From IMG/VR virus record IMGVR_UViG_3300027749_000042: a stretch of DNA of 64,000 nucleotides; one strand, given 5' to 3'. The notes under the pieces are model-generated. The model was not told where the DNA came from, did no database searches, and worked only from the letters and a program-made list of their open reading frames with translations. Both the position numbers and the translations under genes were made by a program. This document shows, one piece after another, positions 19,289 to 27,623 of this stretch (its first letter is position 1; each line of letters starts with the position of its first letter). The stretch is from a virus.

Positions 19289-19441
19289 ATGTTTAAAGTA
19301 TCATATACTCTCAAGGATGAAAACAAGCTTCTGTCGGACGAGACGGCCAAGTTTCGTTACCTACAGGATGCTTTCGATTTCATGCGTCGTTTGTTGGCTT
19401 CTACTGGACTTGTTGGTAAACCCACCATCGAGCGGCTTTGA
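19289..19441 (+). CDS. Small hypothetical protein (50 aa, not in ORF track)
   Basis: Promoter TTGACA-17-TACAAT at 19232-19260, SD AAGGAG, MFKVSYTLKDENK...KPTIERL. Confidence 0.6.
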   Translation: MFKVSYTLKDENKLLSDETAKFRYLQDAFDFMRRLLASTGLVGKPTIERL

Positions 19442-19505
19442 CCATTGACAATCCGACCTAATCCGTGCTATAATACTTATATGATGATGAAAAAAGGGCG
19501 ATGAA

Positions 19506-20708
19506 ATGAATACCAATCAGTCCAAGTTCCTTGAGCAGGCTACCAATCATTTTGGTGCTAATGCCGTCGTGGCTCGTTCTGAGCTTTGCGATTTTGCTTT
19601 GGCAAGCAATTTCAAGCGGGGTTCTTATCGTTGGATTTTTAAAGACGAGTATCGTGCTAGCCATGGCAAGTACAAGCTGCCTGCCGTCTCTGGCGCTGCT
19701 AGTGTTGATACTACGTCCATTGCCGCTATGGCAGCCGATATCGTTCCCATTCGCAAGGCTCAGCCAGTGGCTACCACTACCAAGTTCGATCCTAACGCCG
19801 TGTCGGAGCATGATTATGCTGCGGTGCCCGAGAAGGACAAGAACTATGTGCCTTTTGGCGAGTTCAAGATGATCGAAAAGATTATCGCCTCTGGCAAGTT
19901 CTTCCCTGTGTTCATTTCTGGGCATTCTGGCAACGGCAAGACTTTCATGGTTGAGCAGGCTTGCAGCAAAGCCAAACGAGCCATGATCCGTGTGCAGATG
20001 TCGCGTGAGACCGACGAGGACGATCTGATCGGTGGTTTCCGTCTTATCAATGGCGAGACCAAGTTCATGAAAGGCCCGGTACTCCGTGCGATGGAAATCG
20101 GTGCTTTGCTTCTGATTGACGAGGCCGACCGTGCTGATCCTGGCAAGGCTATGTGCCTCCAGGGTATCCTCGAGGGCAAGTCTTACTATGTGAAGAAGAC
20201 TGGTGAGATTGTAAAGCCAGCCGATGGCTTTAATATCATGGTCACTGCAAACACCAAGGGCCGTGGCTCTGAGGATGGGCGTTATGTTGCTGCGACCATG
20301 CTTGACGATGCTTGGCTTGAGCGTTTCCCGATCACGGTCGAGCAGGAATATCCTACTGTCCAGATCGAAAAGAAGATCCTCGTCAACTATCTTGGCAAAG
20401 ATTTGCCCGAGGCTGATGTTTCGTTCATCGACCATCTGACCGTCTGGTCTGAAATCATCCGCAAGACCTTTGCTGATGGTGCCATTGATGAACTCATTTC
20501 CACTCGCCGTCTGGTGCATATCGCACAGACGTTCCTGATGCTCGGTGACCGCATGAAGGCCATCAAGTTCTGCATTAACCGTTTCGATGAAGAGACCAAG
20601 ACCGCGTTCCTTGATCTCTATAGCAAGGTTGATCCTACGATCAATCCCATCCCCGCCACTCCTGCAGCCGATGCTGCTTCGGAGAAGTCTCAGGAAATTT
20701 CTTTCTGA
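19506..20708 (+). CDS. MoxR/CobS-like AAA+ ATPase
   Basis: GHSGNGKT Walker A, DLIGGFRL, LLIDEAD Walker B, TANTKG, ISTRRLV. Confidence 0.9.
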   Translation: MNTNQSKFLEQATNHFGANAVVARSELCDFALASNFKRGSYRWIFKDEYRASHGKYKLPAVSGAASVDTTSIAAMAADIVPIRKAQPVATTTKFDPNAVSEHDYAAVPEKDKNYVPFGEFKMIEKIIASGKFFPVFISGHSGNGKTFMVEQACSKAKRAMIRVQMSRETDEDDLIGGFRLINGETKFMKGPVLRAMEIGALLLIDEADRADPGKAMCLQGILEGKSYYVKKTGEIVKPADGFNIMVTANTKGRGSEDGRYVAATMLDDAWLERFPITVEQEYPTVQIEKKILVNYLGKDLPEADVSFIDHLTVWSEIIRKTFADGAIDELISTRRLVHIAQTFLMLGDRMKAIKFCINRFDEETKTAFLDLYSKVDPTINPIPATPAADAASEKSQEISF

Positions 20709-20746
20709 GATTAATATAAACCTAAACTTAAATTATGGAGAGATAT

Positions 20747-20953
20747 ATGTCCCAGTTGTCCTTGATTGAAAAGCACCTTCGTCGTAATAACACTGGCCCT
20801 GGTGTCACTGTCGATAAGCTTTCGAAGCTTACTGGCATTCCTAAGGAAGGTATCTATAAGCGTGTTAGCGACCTTCGCGAAGCGCACACAATCTACAGCA
20901 ACTACCGCAAGGTAAATGGCGAGCGCAAGCTTTACTACCGCATCGCTGCCTAA
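20747..20953 (+). CDS. Small HTH-like DNA-binding protein
   Basis: GVTVDKLSKLTGIPKEGIYKRVSDLR helix-turn-helix pattern. Confidence 0.6.
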   Translation: MSQLSLIEKHLRRNNTGPGVTVDKLSKLTGIPKEGIYKRVSDLREAHTIYSNYRKVNGERKLYYRIAA

Positions 20954-20965
20954 TTTGTGCTATAT

Positions 20966-20995
20966 AGGGTGGGGAGCATTCCTCACCCTATTTTT
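20966..20995 (+). terminator. Rho-independent terminator
   Basis: AGGGTGGGGA-GCAT-TCCTCACCCT followed by ATTTTT. Confidence 0.7.
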
Positions 20996-21009
20996 AATGG
21001 AGTCTAAAA

Positions 21010-21246
21010 TTGAATAACGATGAAATTCCTTATGCCCATCTTCGTGGTTTGAGTGTCACAGTTCGGAACAATGATATCAATGGTGCATTGCGTGTCCTGA
21101 AGAAGAAAATTCAAGCTGATGGTATAATGCGAGACCTAGCTGAGCGCGAACATTACACAAAGCCTTCCATGCAACGCCGTCTGAATAAAATTCAGGCTAT
21201 TCGCCGTTGGAAAAAGAAGCAGCAGGAAGTTGCTGAACAGCTTTGA
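21010..21246 (+). CDS. rpsU: Ribosomal protein bS21 homolog
   Basis: VTVRNNDINGALRVLKKK...REHYTKPSMQRR matches the bS21 pattern; SD GGAG, TTG start. Confidence 0.85.
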   Translation: MNNDEIPYAHLRGLSVTVRNNDINGALRVLKKKIQADGIMRDLAEREHYTKPSMQRRLNKIQAIRRWKKKQQEVAEQL

Positions 21247-21287
21247 ATTTCCATATATATTATTGCAATTTTTAACATGGAGTCGTT

Positions 21288-22145
21288 ATGTCCGCACTAG
21301 AAGTTTCTGTAACAATTGAAGAACTACGCAAGCGTAAGATTTTAGTAGCCACACCTATGTACGGCGGTATGTGTGGTGGTACTTATACAAAGTCAACTGC
21401 CGATCTTGCGTCCATGGCAGCACAGTATGGCATGGATGTTCGCTTCTATTATCTCTTCAATGAATCCCTAATTACTCGTGCGCGAAATTACCTCGTGGAC
21501 GAATTTCTGCGTTCTGATTGTACTCACTTGATGTTCATCGACGCCGACATTGGTTTTGATCCGAATGATGTTATTGCATTGTCGGTCATTGCGGAAGCTG
21601 GCAATGATAAGGAAATCGTATGTGGTCCGTATCCCAAGAAATGTATTGCTTGGGAAAAGATCAAGCGCGCGGTCGACCGTGGCTTCGCTGACAAGGATCC
21701 AGAGAACCTCGAGAAGTATGTTGGCGATTATGTTTTCAATCCTAAGGAAGGATCTGGATCCATTGCTCTCGATCAACCAGTAGAGGTGCTTGAAGGTGGC
21801 ACTGGCTTTATGATGATCCAGCGTTCTGCGTTGGAAAAGTTTGCAGCCGCTTACCCACAATACACATATCTGCCTGACCATGTGCGTACCGCACACTTTG
21901 ATGGTACCCGCGAAATCATGCAGTTCTTTCAGGCTGAGATTGATCCTAAGTCTAAGCGGTACCTATCAGAAGATTATTGGTTCTGCCAGAAGATGTGGGA
22001 CATCAATGTGAAGACATGGCTCTGCCCATGGATGAAGCTCCAGCACATGGGTTCATATGTGTTTGCTGGTTCTCTCATTGATCTGGCTCAAATTGGCGCT
22101 GGTGCTACCGCAGATATGGGCGAACTAGCTCCTCGTAAGAAGTAA
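21288..22145 (+). CDS. Glycosyltransferase-like (GT-A) conserved T4-like protein
   Basis: ATPMYGG, NESLITRARN, FIDADI (DxD), GTGFMMI, YLSEDYWFC. Confidence 0.7.
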   Translation: MSALEVSVTIEELRKRKILVATPMYGGMCGGTYTKSTADLASMAAQYGMDVRFYYLFNESLITRARNYLVDEFLRSDCTHLMFIDADIGFDPNDVIALSVIAEAGNDKEIVCGPYPKKCIAWEKIKRAVDRGFADKDPENLEKYVGDYVFNPKEGSGSIALDQPVEVLEGGTGFMMIQRSALEKFAAAYPQYTYLPDHVRTAHFDGTREIMQFFQAEIDPKSKRYLSEDYWFCQKMWDINVKTWLCPWMKLQHMGSYVFAGSLIDLAQIGAGATADMGELAPRKK

Positions 22146-22201
22146 CTTGACATTTGCATTCACACCTGCTATTATGATTATCTTGAGTGAAGGAATATAC
22201 C

Positions 22202-22873
22202 ATGAAAATCTCTAAGACCACAATCGACGTACTAAAGAATTTTGCGACAATCAATCCCAGCATGTTGTTTTCTGCTGGCTCTGAATTGAAGACGGTCTCA
22301 CCACAAAAGACAGTCTTCGCTAAGGTAAAGATTGAAGATACCATTGACACTGAATTTGGTGTCTTCGATTTGTCTCAGTTCATTAATGTTTTGAGTGACT
22401 ACGAAAATCCCGATATCTCTGTCAATGACACGTTCATCTCCATCACAAATGGAACTGGCGATATCTCAGATATCGTTCGTGCAAAGGCAGAGCTTCTTCC
22501 CAGTCTTCCTACCAAGGAAGTTACTCTACCTTCGGTCGATGTAGCTTTTGTTCTGGAAGCAGCGAAGCTTCAAAGAGCATTGCGTCAAGCTTCGCTTCTC
22601 GTTCTGCCAGAAATTGCTCTTGTTGGTGAACATGGTAACGCATACTTCTGCGCTATTGATTCGCGCAGCGATTCCACGAATCGTTTCAAGAGCCCTGTAG
22701 GCAAGGCTGAGAAGAGTTATAAGATGATCTTCAAGGTTGATAACCTTAAGGTCATGGGTGGTAAGGACTATGATGTGAAGGTATCTTCAAAGGGTATCGC
22801 ATACTTTGCATCCACTGATGGCATCTGTCATTACTGGGTCGCAACGGAATCTGGTTCGTCTTTTGATGCCTAA
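22202..22873 (+). CDS. gp45: Sliding clamp gp45
   Basis: MKISKTTIDVLKNFATINPS, FGVFDLSQF, YWVATE; promoter TTGACA-17-TATTAT at 22147-22175. Confidence 0.93.
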   Translation: MKISKTTIDVLKNFATINPSMLFSAGSELKTVSPQKTVFAKVKIEDTIDTEFGVFDLSQFINVLSDYENPDISVNDTFISITNGTGDISDIVRAKAELLPSLPTKEVTLPSVDVAFVLEAAKLQRALRQASLLVLPEIALVGEHGNAYFCAIDSRSDSTNRFKSPVGKAEKSYKMIFKVDNLKVMGGKDYDVKVSSKGIAYFASTDGICHYWVATESGSSFDA

Positions 22874-22921
22874 TAAATGGGGGCGAAAGCCCCCATCTTT
22901 CGTTATGAACATGGAGCCAAC

Positions 22922-23860
22922 ATGCGTGATGAATTTCTGTGGGTAGAAAAATATCGTCCTCATAAGATTGCCGATTGCATTCTACCTGATGACCTGAAGC
23001 AAACATTCCAACAATTTGTAAACGATGGCAGCATTCCTAATCTGTTGCTTGCTGGCACTGCTGGTGTCGGTAAGACAACGGTCGCTCGTGCTATGCTTGA
23101 CGAGATCAATGCTGACTATTTAATTATCAATGGGTCAATGAATGGTAACATCGACACACTGCGAAATGAAATTCGCAACTATGCAGGTACCGTATCATTT
23201 GGTGGAGGTCGTAAGTATGTTATCCTGGATGAGGCGGATTACCTCAACGCTAGTTCCACACAGCCCGCACTCAGAAACTTCATGGAGGAGTTCTCAAGTA
23301 ACTGTGGATTTATTCTCACCTGCAATTTCAAGAACCGAATTATCCAACCACTACATTCTCGGTGCGCTGTTGTAGACTTCAAGATCCAGAAGAAGCACCT
23401 TGGCCCTCTCGCGGTCGAGTTTATGAAGCGAGCCATTTGGATCCTTGAGACCGAGAATGTTGAGTATGATAAAGGTGCAGTCGCAGAGGTAATCAAAAAG
23501 CATCTTCCCGATTGGCGTCGTGTACTCAATGAGTTTCAGCGGTATGCTGCGCGTGGTAAGATTGACGCTGGTATCCTTGCGTCGATAGAGAATGTGGATA
23601 TCAAGGAGCTTGTCAAGTGTTTGAAGAACCGCGAGTTCGAGAACATGCGAAAGTGGGTTGGCGCTAACTCTAGCGCGGACGTGAACACTCTATTCCGTTC
23701 TCTATACGATAATGCTTATGATTTCATGGAACAAGATTATGTACCACAGTTGGTCATTATCTTGGCTGATTACCAGTACAAGGCCGCATTTGTTGTTGAC
23801 CAAGAAATTAATCTGGCTGCATGTATGACGCAGCTTATGTTAGACTGTAGATATAAGTGA
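22922..23860 (+). CDS. gp44: Clamp loader large subunit gp44
   Basis: LWVEKYRP, GTAGVGKTT, ILDEADYL, PLHSRC. Confidence 0.97.
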   Translation: MRDEFLWVEKYRPHKIADCILPDDLKQTFQQFVNDGSIPNLLLAGTAGVGKTTVARAMLDEINADYLIINGSMNGNIDTLRNEIRNYAGTVSFGGGRKYVILDEADYLNASSTQPALRNFMEEFSSNCGFILTCNFKNRIIQPLHSRCAVVDFKIQKKHLGPLAVEFMKRAIWILETENVEYDKGAVAEVIKKHLPDWRRVLNEFQRYAARGKIDAGILASIENVDIKELVKCLKNREFENMRKWVGANSSADVNTLFRSLYDNAYDFMEQDYVPQLVIILADYQYKAAFVVDQEINLAACMTQLMLDCRYK

Positions 23861-23876
23861 GCTAAGGAATTTAGTT

Positions 23877-24524
23877 ATGGCTGGCATATACTTTCTTCTA
23901 GAAAATCATCCCATAGACTATGATGGCGCAGAATATGTAAAGATCGGTAAGACAGAATTACTTGTAGAAGAACGCATTGCCGGGTTGCAGACCGGCAACC
24001 CTAGACCATTGTTCCAGATAAATTTTCTAACATGCACTTATAATCAATTGTCGAGAGAAGAAGTTAAAGCACATAATCATTTTAGAGCATATCGCGTGGC
24101 TCATAACACTGAGTGGTTCAAAAATATTCCTTTAGATATGATAGAGGAATATGTTAAGCGTTCAAACGATACGCTTAACTTTAAATCTGCAAACTCTATT
24201 AAAATTGCAAGACTGAATTTTGATGGCGAGTTTATTACAGGTGAAGATCAATACCCAATTAAACCAAAGTGCTATTTTTATCCAGAGCGAGATGCTGGGA
24301 CTATGCGTGAGGTTGGTCCTAAAATTATCTTTAGAACAAAAGAATGGCCGACGTATGGGAAGCATATGATTTTACCACAATCTACAGCCCTCAATAGGGT
24401 ATTCATTAGCAATAAGAAAAGCGACGAAGATCGTGAAGAACGTAAATATTATGACAAAATAAAAACACAATATCGTCGAAATGATTACGTCGATAAAAAT
24501 GCAACCAATCGACTGGAACTTTAA
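23877..24524 (+). CDS. GIY-YIG/T5orf172-like nuclease domain protein
   Basis: GIYF...YVKIGKT...ERIAGLQTGNP...H..F...EWF; AT-rich insertion. Confidence 0.7.
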   Translation: MAGIYFLLENHPIDYDGAEYVKIGKTELLVEERIAGLQTGNPRPLFQINFLTCTYNQLSREEVKAHNHFRAYRVAHNTEWFKNIPLDMIEEYVKRSNDTLNFKSANSIKIARLNFDGEFITGEDQYPIKPKCYFYPERDAGTMREVGPKIIFRTKEWPTYGKHMILPQSTALNRVFISNKKSDEDREERKYYDKIKTQYRRNDYVDKNATNRLEL

Positions 24525-24544
24525 ACTCGACAGAGGTACATTTG

Positions 24545-24931
24545 ATGGCTACAAACCCTTTTGACTACGTTAATTCTATATGTAAACCAAAGCAATCAAA
24601 CATGATGCGCGGCCACGATGAGAGCGTAGAGAAGGATTATAAACCATTTCTAACAAATAAATCATTATCGTATCATCAAGACTGCATCCTCTATGCCAAC
24701 GAGATGAACATGCGTGGGCATCTAGACAAATTACTCCAGTATGAGTATTTTATAAATATAATCAGGAAACAGAACCGTAAGTTTGCCAAGTGGCAAAAAG
24801 AAGAAAAAAACGATTCTGTCGACCTGATTATGGAGTTCTTCGGCTATGGGCGTTCAGAAGCTAAACAAGCACTGACGGTATTGACACCTAGCCAAGTAGA
24901 CCAGATCAGGTTGCTACTTGGCAAAAGGTAA
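24545..24931 (+). CDS. gp62: Clamp loader small subunit gp62
   Basis: NPFDYVNSI, YKPFLTNKSLSYHQD..LYANEMN, RKFAKW. Confidence 0.92.
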   Translation: MATNPFDYVNSICKPKQSNMMRGHDESVEKDYKPFLTNKSLSYHQDCILYANEMNMRGHLDKLLQYEYFINIIRKQNRKFAKWQKEEKNDSVDLIMEFFGYGRSEAKQALTVLTPSQVDQIRLLLGKR

Positions 24932-24936
24932 ACACA

Positions 24937-25347
24937 ATGCAATCCATTATTGAATCCATGATTGAGGTACGACTAAAGACACCAGAAGATTTCCTAAAGA
25001 TTCGCGAAACGCTCAGCCGCATCGGTGTCGCGTCCGCAGAAAAATCCACACTCTACCAATCTTGCCATATCTTCCATAAGCAGGGCCGCTATTATGTGGT
25101 CCACTTCAAGGAACTATTTGCGCTTGATGGCAAACCAACCAACTTCTCTGATGACGACAAAGCTCGTCGGAACAAGATTGCCAATCTCCTTGCTGAATGG
25201 GAGTTGATTGACCTTGTTGATCCTAAGGCCTCAGAAGATCCTATCGCTTCACTCAACCAAATCAAAATTCTTACACACAAGGAGAAGAATGATTGGAAGT
25301 TGGAAGCTAAATACAACATCGGTAAGAACCGCGGAAAGGTCGCTTGA
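24937..25347 (+). CDS. regA: Translational repressor RegA
   Basis: DFLKIRETLSRIGVAS, LYQSCHIFHKQGRYYVVHFKELFALDG. Confidence 0.97.
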   Translation: MQSIIESMIEVRLKTPEDFLKIRETLSRIGVASAEKSTLYQSCHIFHKQGRYYVVHFKELFALDGKPTNFSDDDKARRNKIANLLAEWELIDLVDPKASEDPIASLNQIKILTHKEKNDWKLEAKYNIGKNRGKVA

Positions 25348-25410
25348 TCGACGCAGCTTCTACCTTCTTGAATTTATGTGTAGTGTTTGGAATTTATTTC
25401 CTTCGCTACA

Positions 25411-25474
25411 TATAAATAAAACCGTGATGCCCTCGGGGTCACATAATCAACCTTGCCTAATAGGAGGTCATACT
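25411..25474 (+). promoter_or_regulatory. Late promoter plus two-hairpin hsp20 leader (ROSE-like thermometer)
   Basis: TATAAATA 25411; hairpin 25424-25442; ACCT-TG-CCT-AAT-AGG-AGGT hairpin occluding the SD. Confidence 0.6.
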
Positions 25475-25927
25475 ATGACTAAAGACTACGCACAAATTCC
25501 ATCTCCATTCGCATCTTTCGATCCTTTCTCTGTCGGCTTCGACAAGACATTCAAGCTGCTGTCTTCGCAGTTAGATGGTATCGGTAAGAACCTTCCTGGA
25601 TATCCACCTTACAATATCAAGAAGGTCGATGATAATAAGTATGTTATCGAAATGGCTGTCGCAGGATTTGCGAAGACAGATATCGAGCTGACTCTCGATG
25701 GTGGTAAGCTAACCATTGCTGGTAAGACTAAGGACTCCAGTGATATGGATAAGGCTACCGAATTTTACTACTACAAGGGAATTGCAGAGCGTGCCTTCAA
25801 TCGCACATTCACTCTCGCTGATACTGTAGTGGTAAACAATGCCGAATTGATGAACGGTATTCTCAAGGTGTGGTTGGAAAACTTTATCCCTGAGAACCAG
25901 AAGCCTAAGAGCATCAAGATCGACTAA
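25475..25927 (+). CDS. hsp20: Small heat shock protein Hsp20 (IbpA-like)
   Basis: VGFD, YPPYNI, IEMAVAGF, KGIAERAFNRTFTL, NGIL. Confidence 0.95.
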   Translation: MTKDYAQIPSPFASFDPFSVGFDKTFKLLSSQLDGIGKNLPGYPPYNIKKVDDNKYVIEMAVAGFAKTDIELTLDGGKLTIAGKTKDSSDMDKATEFYYYKGIAERAFNRTFTLADTVVVNNAELMNGILKVWLENFIPENQKPKSIKID

Positions 25928-26002
25928 TTACAACCCATTGAATCCTACATCATGCAAGCGAGCTGGGAAACTGGCTCGCTATTACCGTTTGGAGAAAGAC
26001 AC

Positions 26003-26167
26003 ATGCAAAATATTTTTAACTTAATCGCAAAGCAAGTCGAAGACACACGCCGCTACTACAAGGCATTGAATGAATTGAATCGTTTATCGGATAGAGAACT
26101 GGCTGATATTGGATTATATCGCGGTGATATTCCTATGGTTGCTATGACGGTACTAAATAGAAAGTAA
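26003..26167 (+). CDS. DUF1127 (YjiS-like) small protein
   Basis: ELNRLSDRELADIGLYRGDI signature; SD GGAG. Confidence 0.85.
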   Translation: MQNIFNLIAKQVEDTRRYYKALNELNRLSDRELADIGLYRGDIPMVAMTVLNRK

Positions 26168-26184
26168 CTCAATAAGGAGTGACT

Positions 26185-26802
26185 ATGGCTATTACATTCG
26201 AACAGTTGAATGAGTTCTTCGAAGATACGGGCGAAGATGTTATTCAGAAATATGTGGAACCTTTAAATGATGTAATGGACTTCTATGAAATCAATACCCC
26301 TCAACGTATCTCAATGTTCCTTGCTCAGGTTGGTCATGAATCTGGTGGACTAAGAACGATCAAGGAAAATCTAAACTATTCAGCAGATCGCTTGAAGGTA
26401 ATTTTCCCTAAGTATTTTCGTGGAGTAGACCCAGCACCGTTCGCTAAGAATCCACAGAAAATTGCCAATCGTGTCTATGCTTCGCGCATGGGTAACGGTG
26501 ATGAAGCATCAGGAGATGGGTATCGCTACTGCGGACGTGGGCTTATCCAATTGACAGGCAAATCAAATTATGAAGCTTTTGCCAAAGACATGGGGTGGCC
26601 ACTAGAAGAAGCAACCGAGTGGTTGAGTACAGAAGAAGGAGCTGCGTGGAGTGCTGGATGGTTCTGGGACTCGCGTGAACTAAACAATTGGGCTGATAAA
26701 GGTGACGTTGTTAATGTAACTAAAAAAATCAATGGTGGTACCATTGGACTTGAAGATCGTAAATCTCATTATGCTGCTGCCCTGGAGATATTCACAGCAT
26801 AA
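26185..26802 (+). CDS. GH19 family endolysin
   Basis: FLAQVGHESGG, ENLNYSA, ANRVYASRMGN, GRGLIQLTGK, TKKINGG. Confidence 0.93.
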   Translation: MAITFEQLNEFFEDTGEDVIQKYVEPLNDVMDFYEINTPQRISMFLAQVGHESGGLRTIKENLNYSADRLKVIFPKYFRGVDPAPFAKNPQKIANRVYASRMGNGDEASGDGYRYCGRGLIQLTGKSNYEAFAKDMGWPLEEATEWLSTEEGAAWSAGWFWDSRELNNWADKGDVVNVTKKINGGTIGLEDRKSHYAAALEIFTA

Positions 26803-26811
26803 GGAAATGCG

Positions 26812-27273
26812 ATGCCTAAATTTACAGTAGAAACGGATGAACCTAAACCAGCAATGGATCAGATTCCCCCTGCAACTAAAGGAGCAGGCGCTTCAATCCA
26901 GACTACATATATCGACTCAACCCCTAGAGCAGGTGCACCATCAGCCCCACAGTTATCCGAAGCAGCTCAGCTTGCTAAGATTGAACTGGAAAAGAAACAG
27001 TGGGAAGCAGAGAACGCAAAGCAGAATGAAGACTGGATGGTCAAGAAGTGGCGACCCGCAATGGGTTGGTGCTATATGGTCATCTGTTGCTTAGACATGG
27101 CTATCTTTCCAATCATGTGGAATGTGATCCAAGTTATGATGAAGCAACCACTAACCCAATGGAATCCACTTACGCTGCAAGGCGCTGGTTTGTTCCATCT
27201 AGCAATGGGTGCAGTTCTTGGTATCTCTGCTTGGTCAAGAGGACAAGAGAAAATGCAAGGTGTAACCAAATAA
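26812..27273 (+). CDS. Putative holin (3TM holin-like)
   Basis: KWRPAMGW motif and hydrophobic helices; adjacent to endolysin. Confidence 0.7.
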   Translation: MPKFTVETDEPKPAMDQIPPATKGAGASIQTTYIDSTPRAGAPSAPQLSEAAQLAKIELEKKQWEAENAKQNEDWMVKKWRPAMGWCYMVICCLDMAIFPIMWNVIQVMMKQPLTQWNPLTLQGAGLFHLAMGAVLGISAWSRGQEKMQGVTK

Positions 27274-27283
27274 GGATTATAAA

Positions 27284-27601
27284 ATGGATGATGCTCAGAA
27301 TGTTGAAAGTGTGATGGTCGTTAGGTTTTTCACTGGCGATGAAGTGATTGGTAAAGTGAGTGCGTTTGGTCAACATAACATCGTAATCAAGAAGCCTGCT
27401 GCTATCGTGATGCAACAGGGCACAAATGGTAAAGCCAGTATGGGCCTTCTTGATTACTTACCAATGGCAAAGAATAAAGAGATCGTGGTCAGTTCGTCCA
27501 ATATTCTCTTTGTTTATGAGCCAATGCTTGATGTTGAAAATGCTTACAACACCTCATTTGGTTCCGGTTTGGTATTGCCGAAAAGCGGGTTGACATTTTG
27601 A
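27284..27601 (+). CDS. Conserved T4-like hypothetical protein (Sm-like)
   Basis: VRFFTGDEVIG...YNTSFGSGLVLP; usual position before gp43. Confidence 0.7.
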   Translation: MDDAQNVESVMVVRFFTGDEVIGKVSAFGQHNIVIKKPAAIVMQQGTNGKASMGLLDYLPMAKNKEIVVSSSNILFVYEPMLDVENAYNTSFGSGLVLPKSGLTF

Positions 27602-27623
27602 TGACGATGGTGTACTATACACC

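Noticed and set aside
19458-20519. 353-aa minus-strand ORF (also 60774-61559, 17624-18121 and others)
   Set aside because: Antisense shadows of well-supported + strand genes in GC-richer DNA; no motifs or SD.
16916-20708. CobT/CobS as a cobalamin biosynthesis auxiliary pathway
   Set aside because: No cobN or other cob genes; the motifs are generic MoxR AAA+ and VWA/peptidase, a pair common in T4-like phages.
25208-25474. Long N-terminal extension of Hsp20
   Set aside because: Overlaps regA and the late promoter; the strong SD supports ATG 25475.
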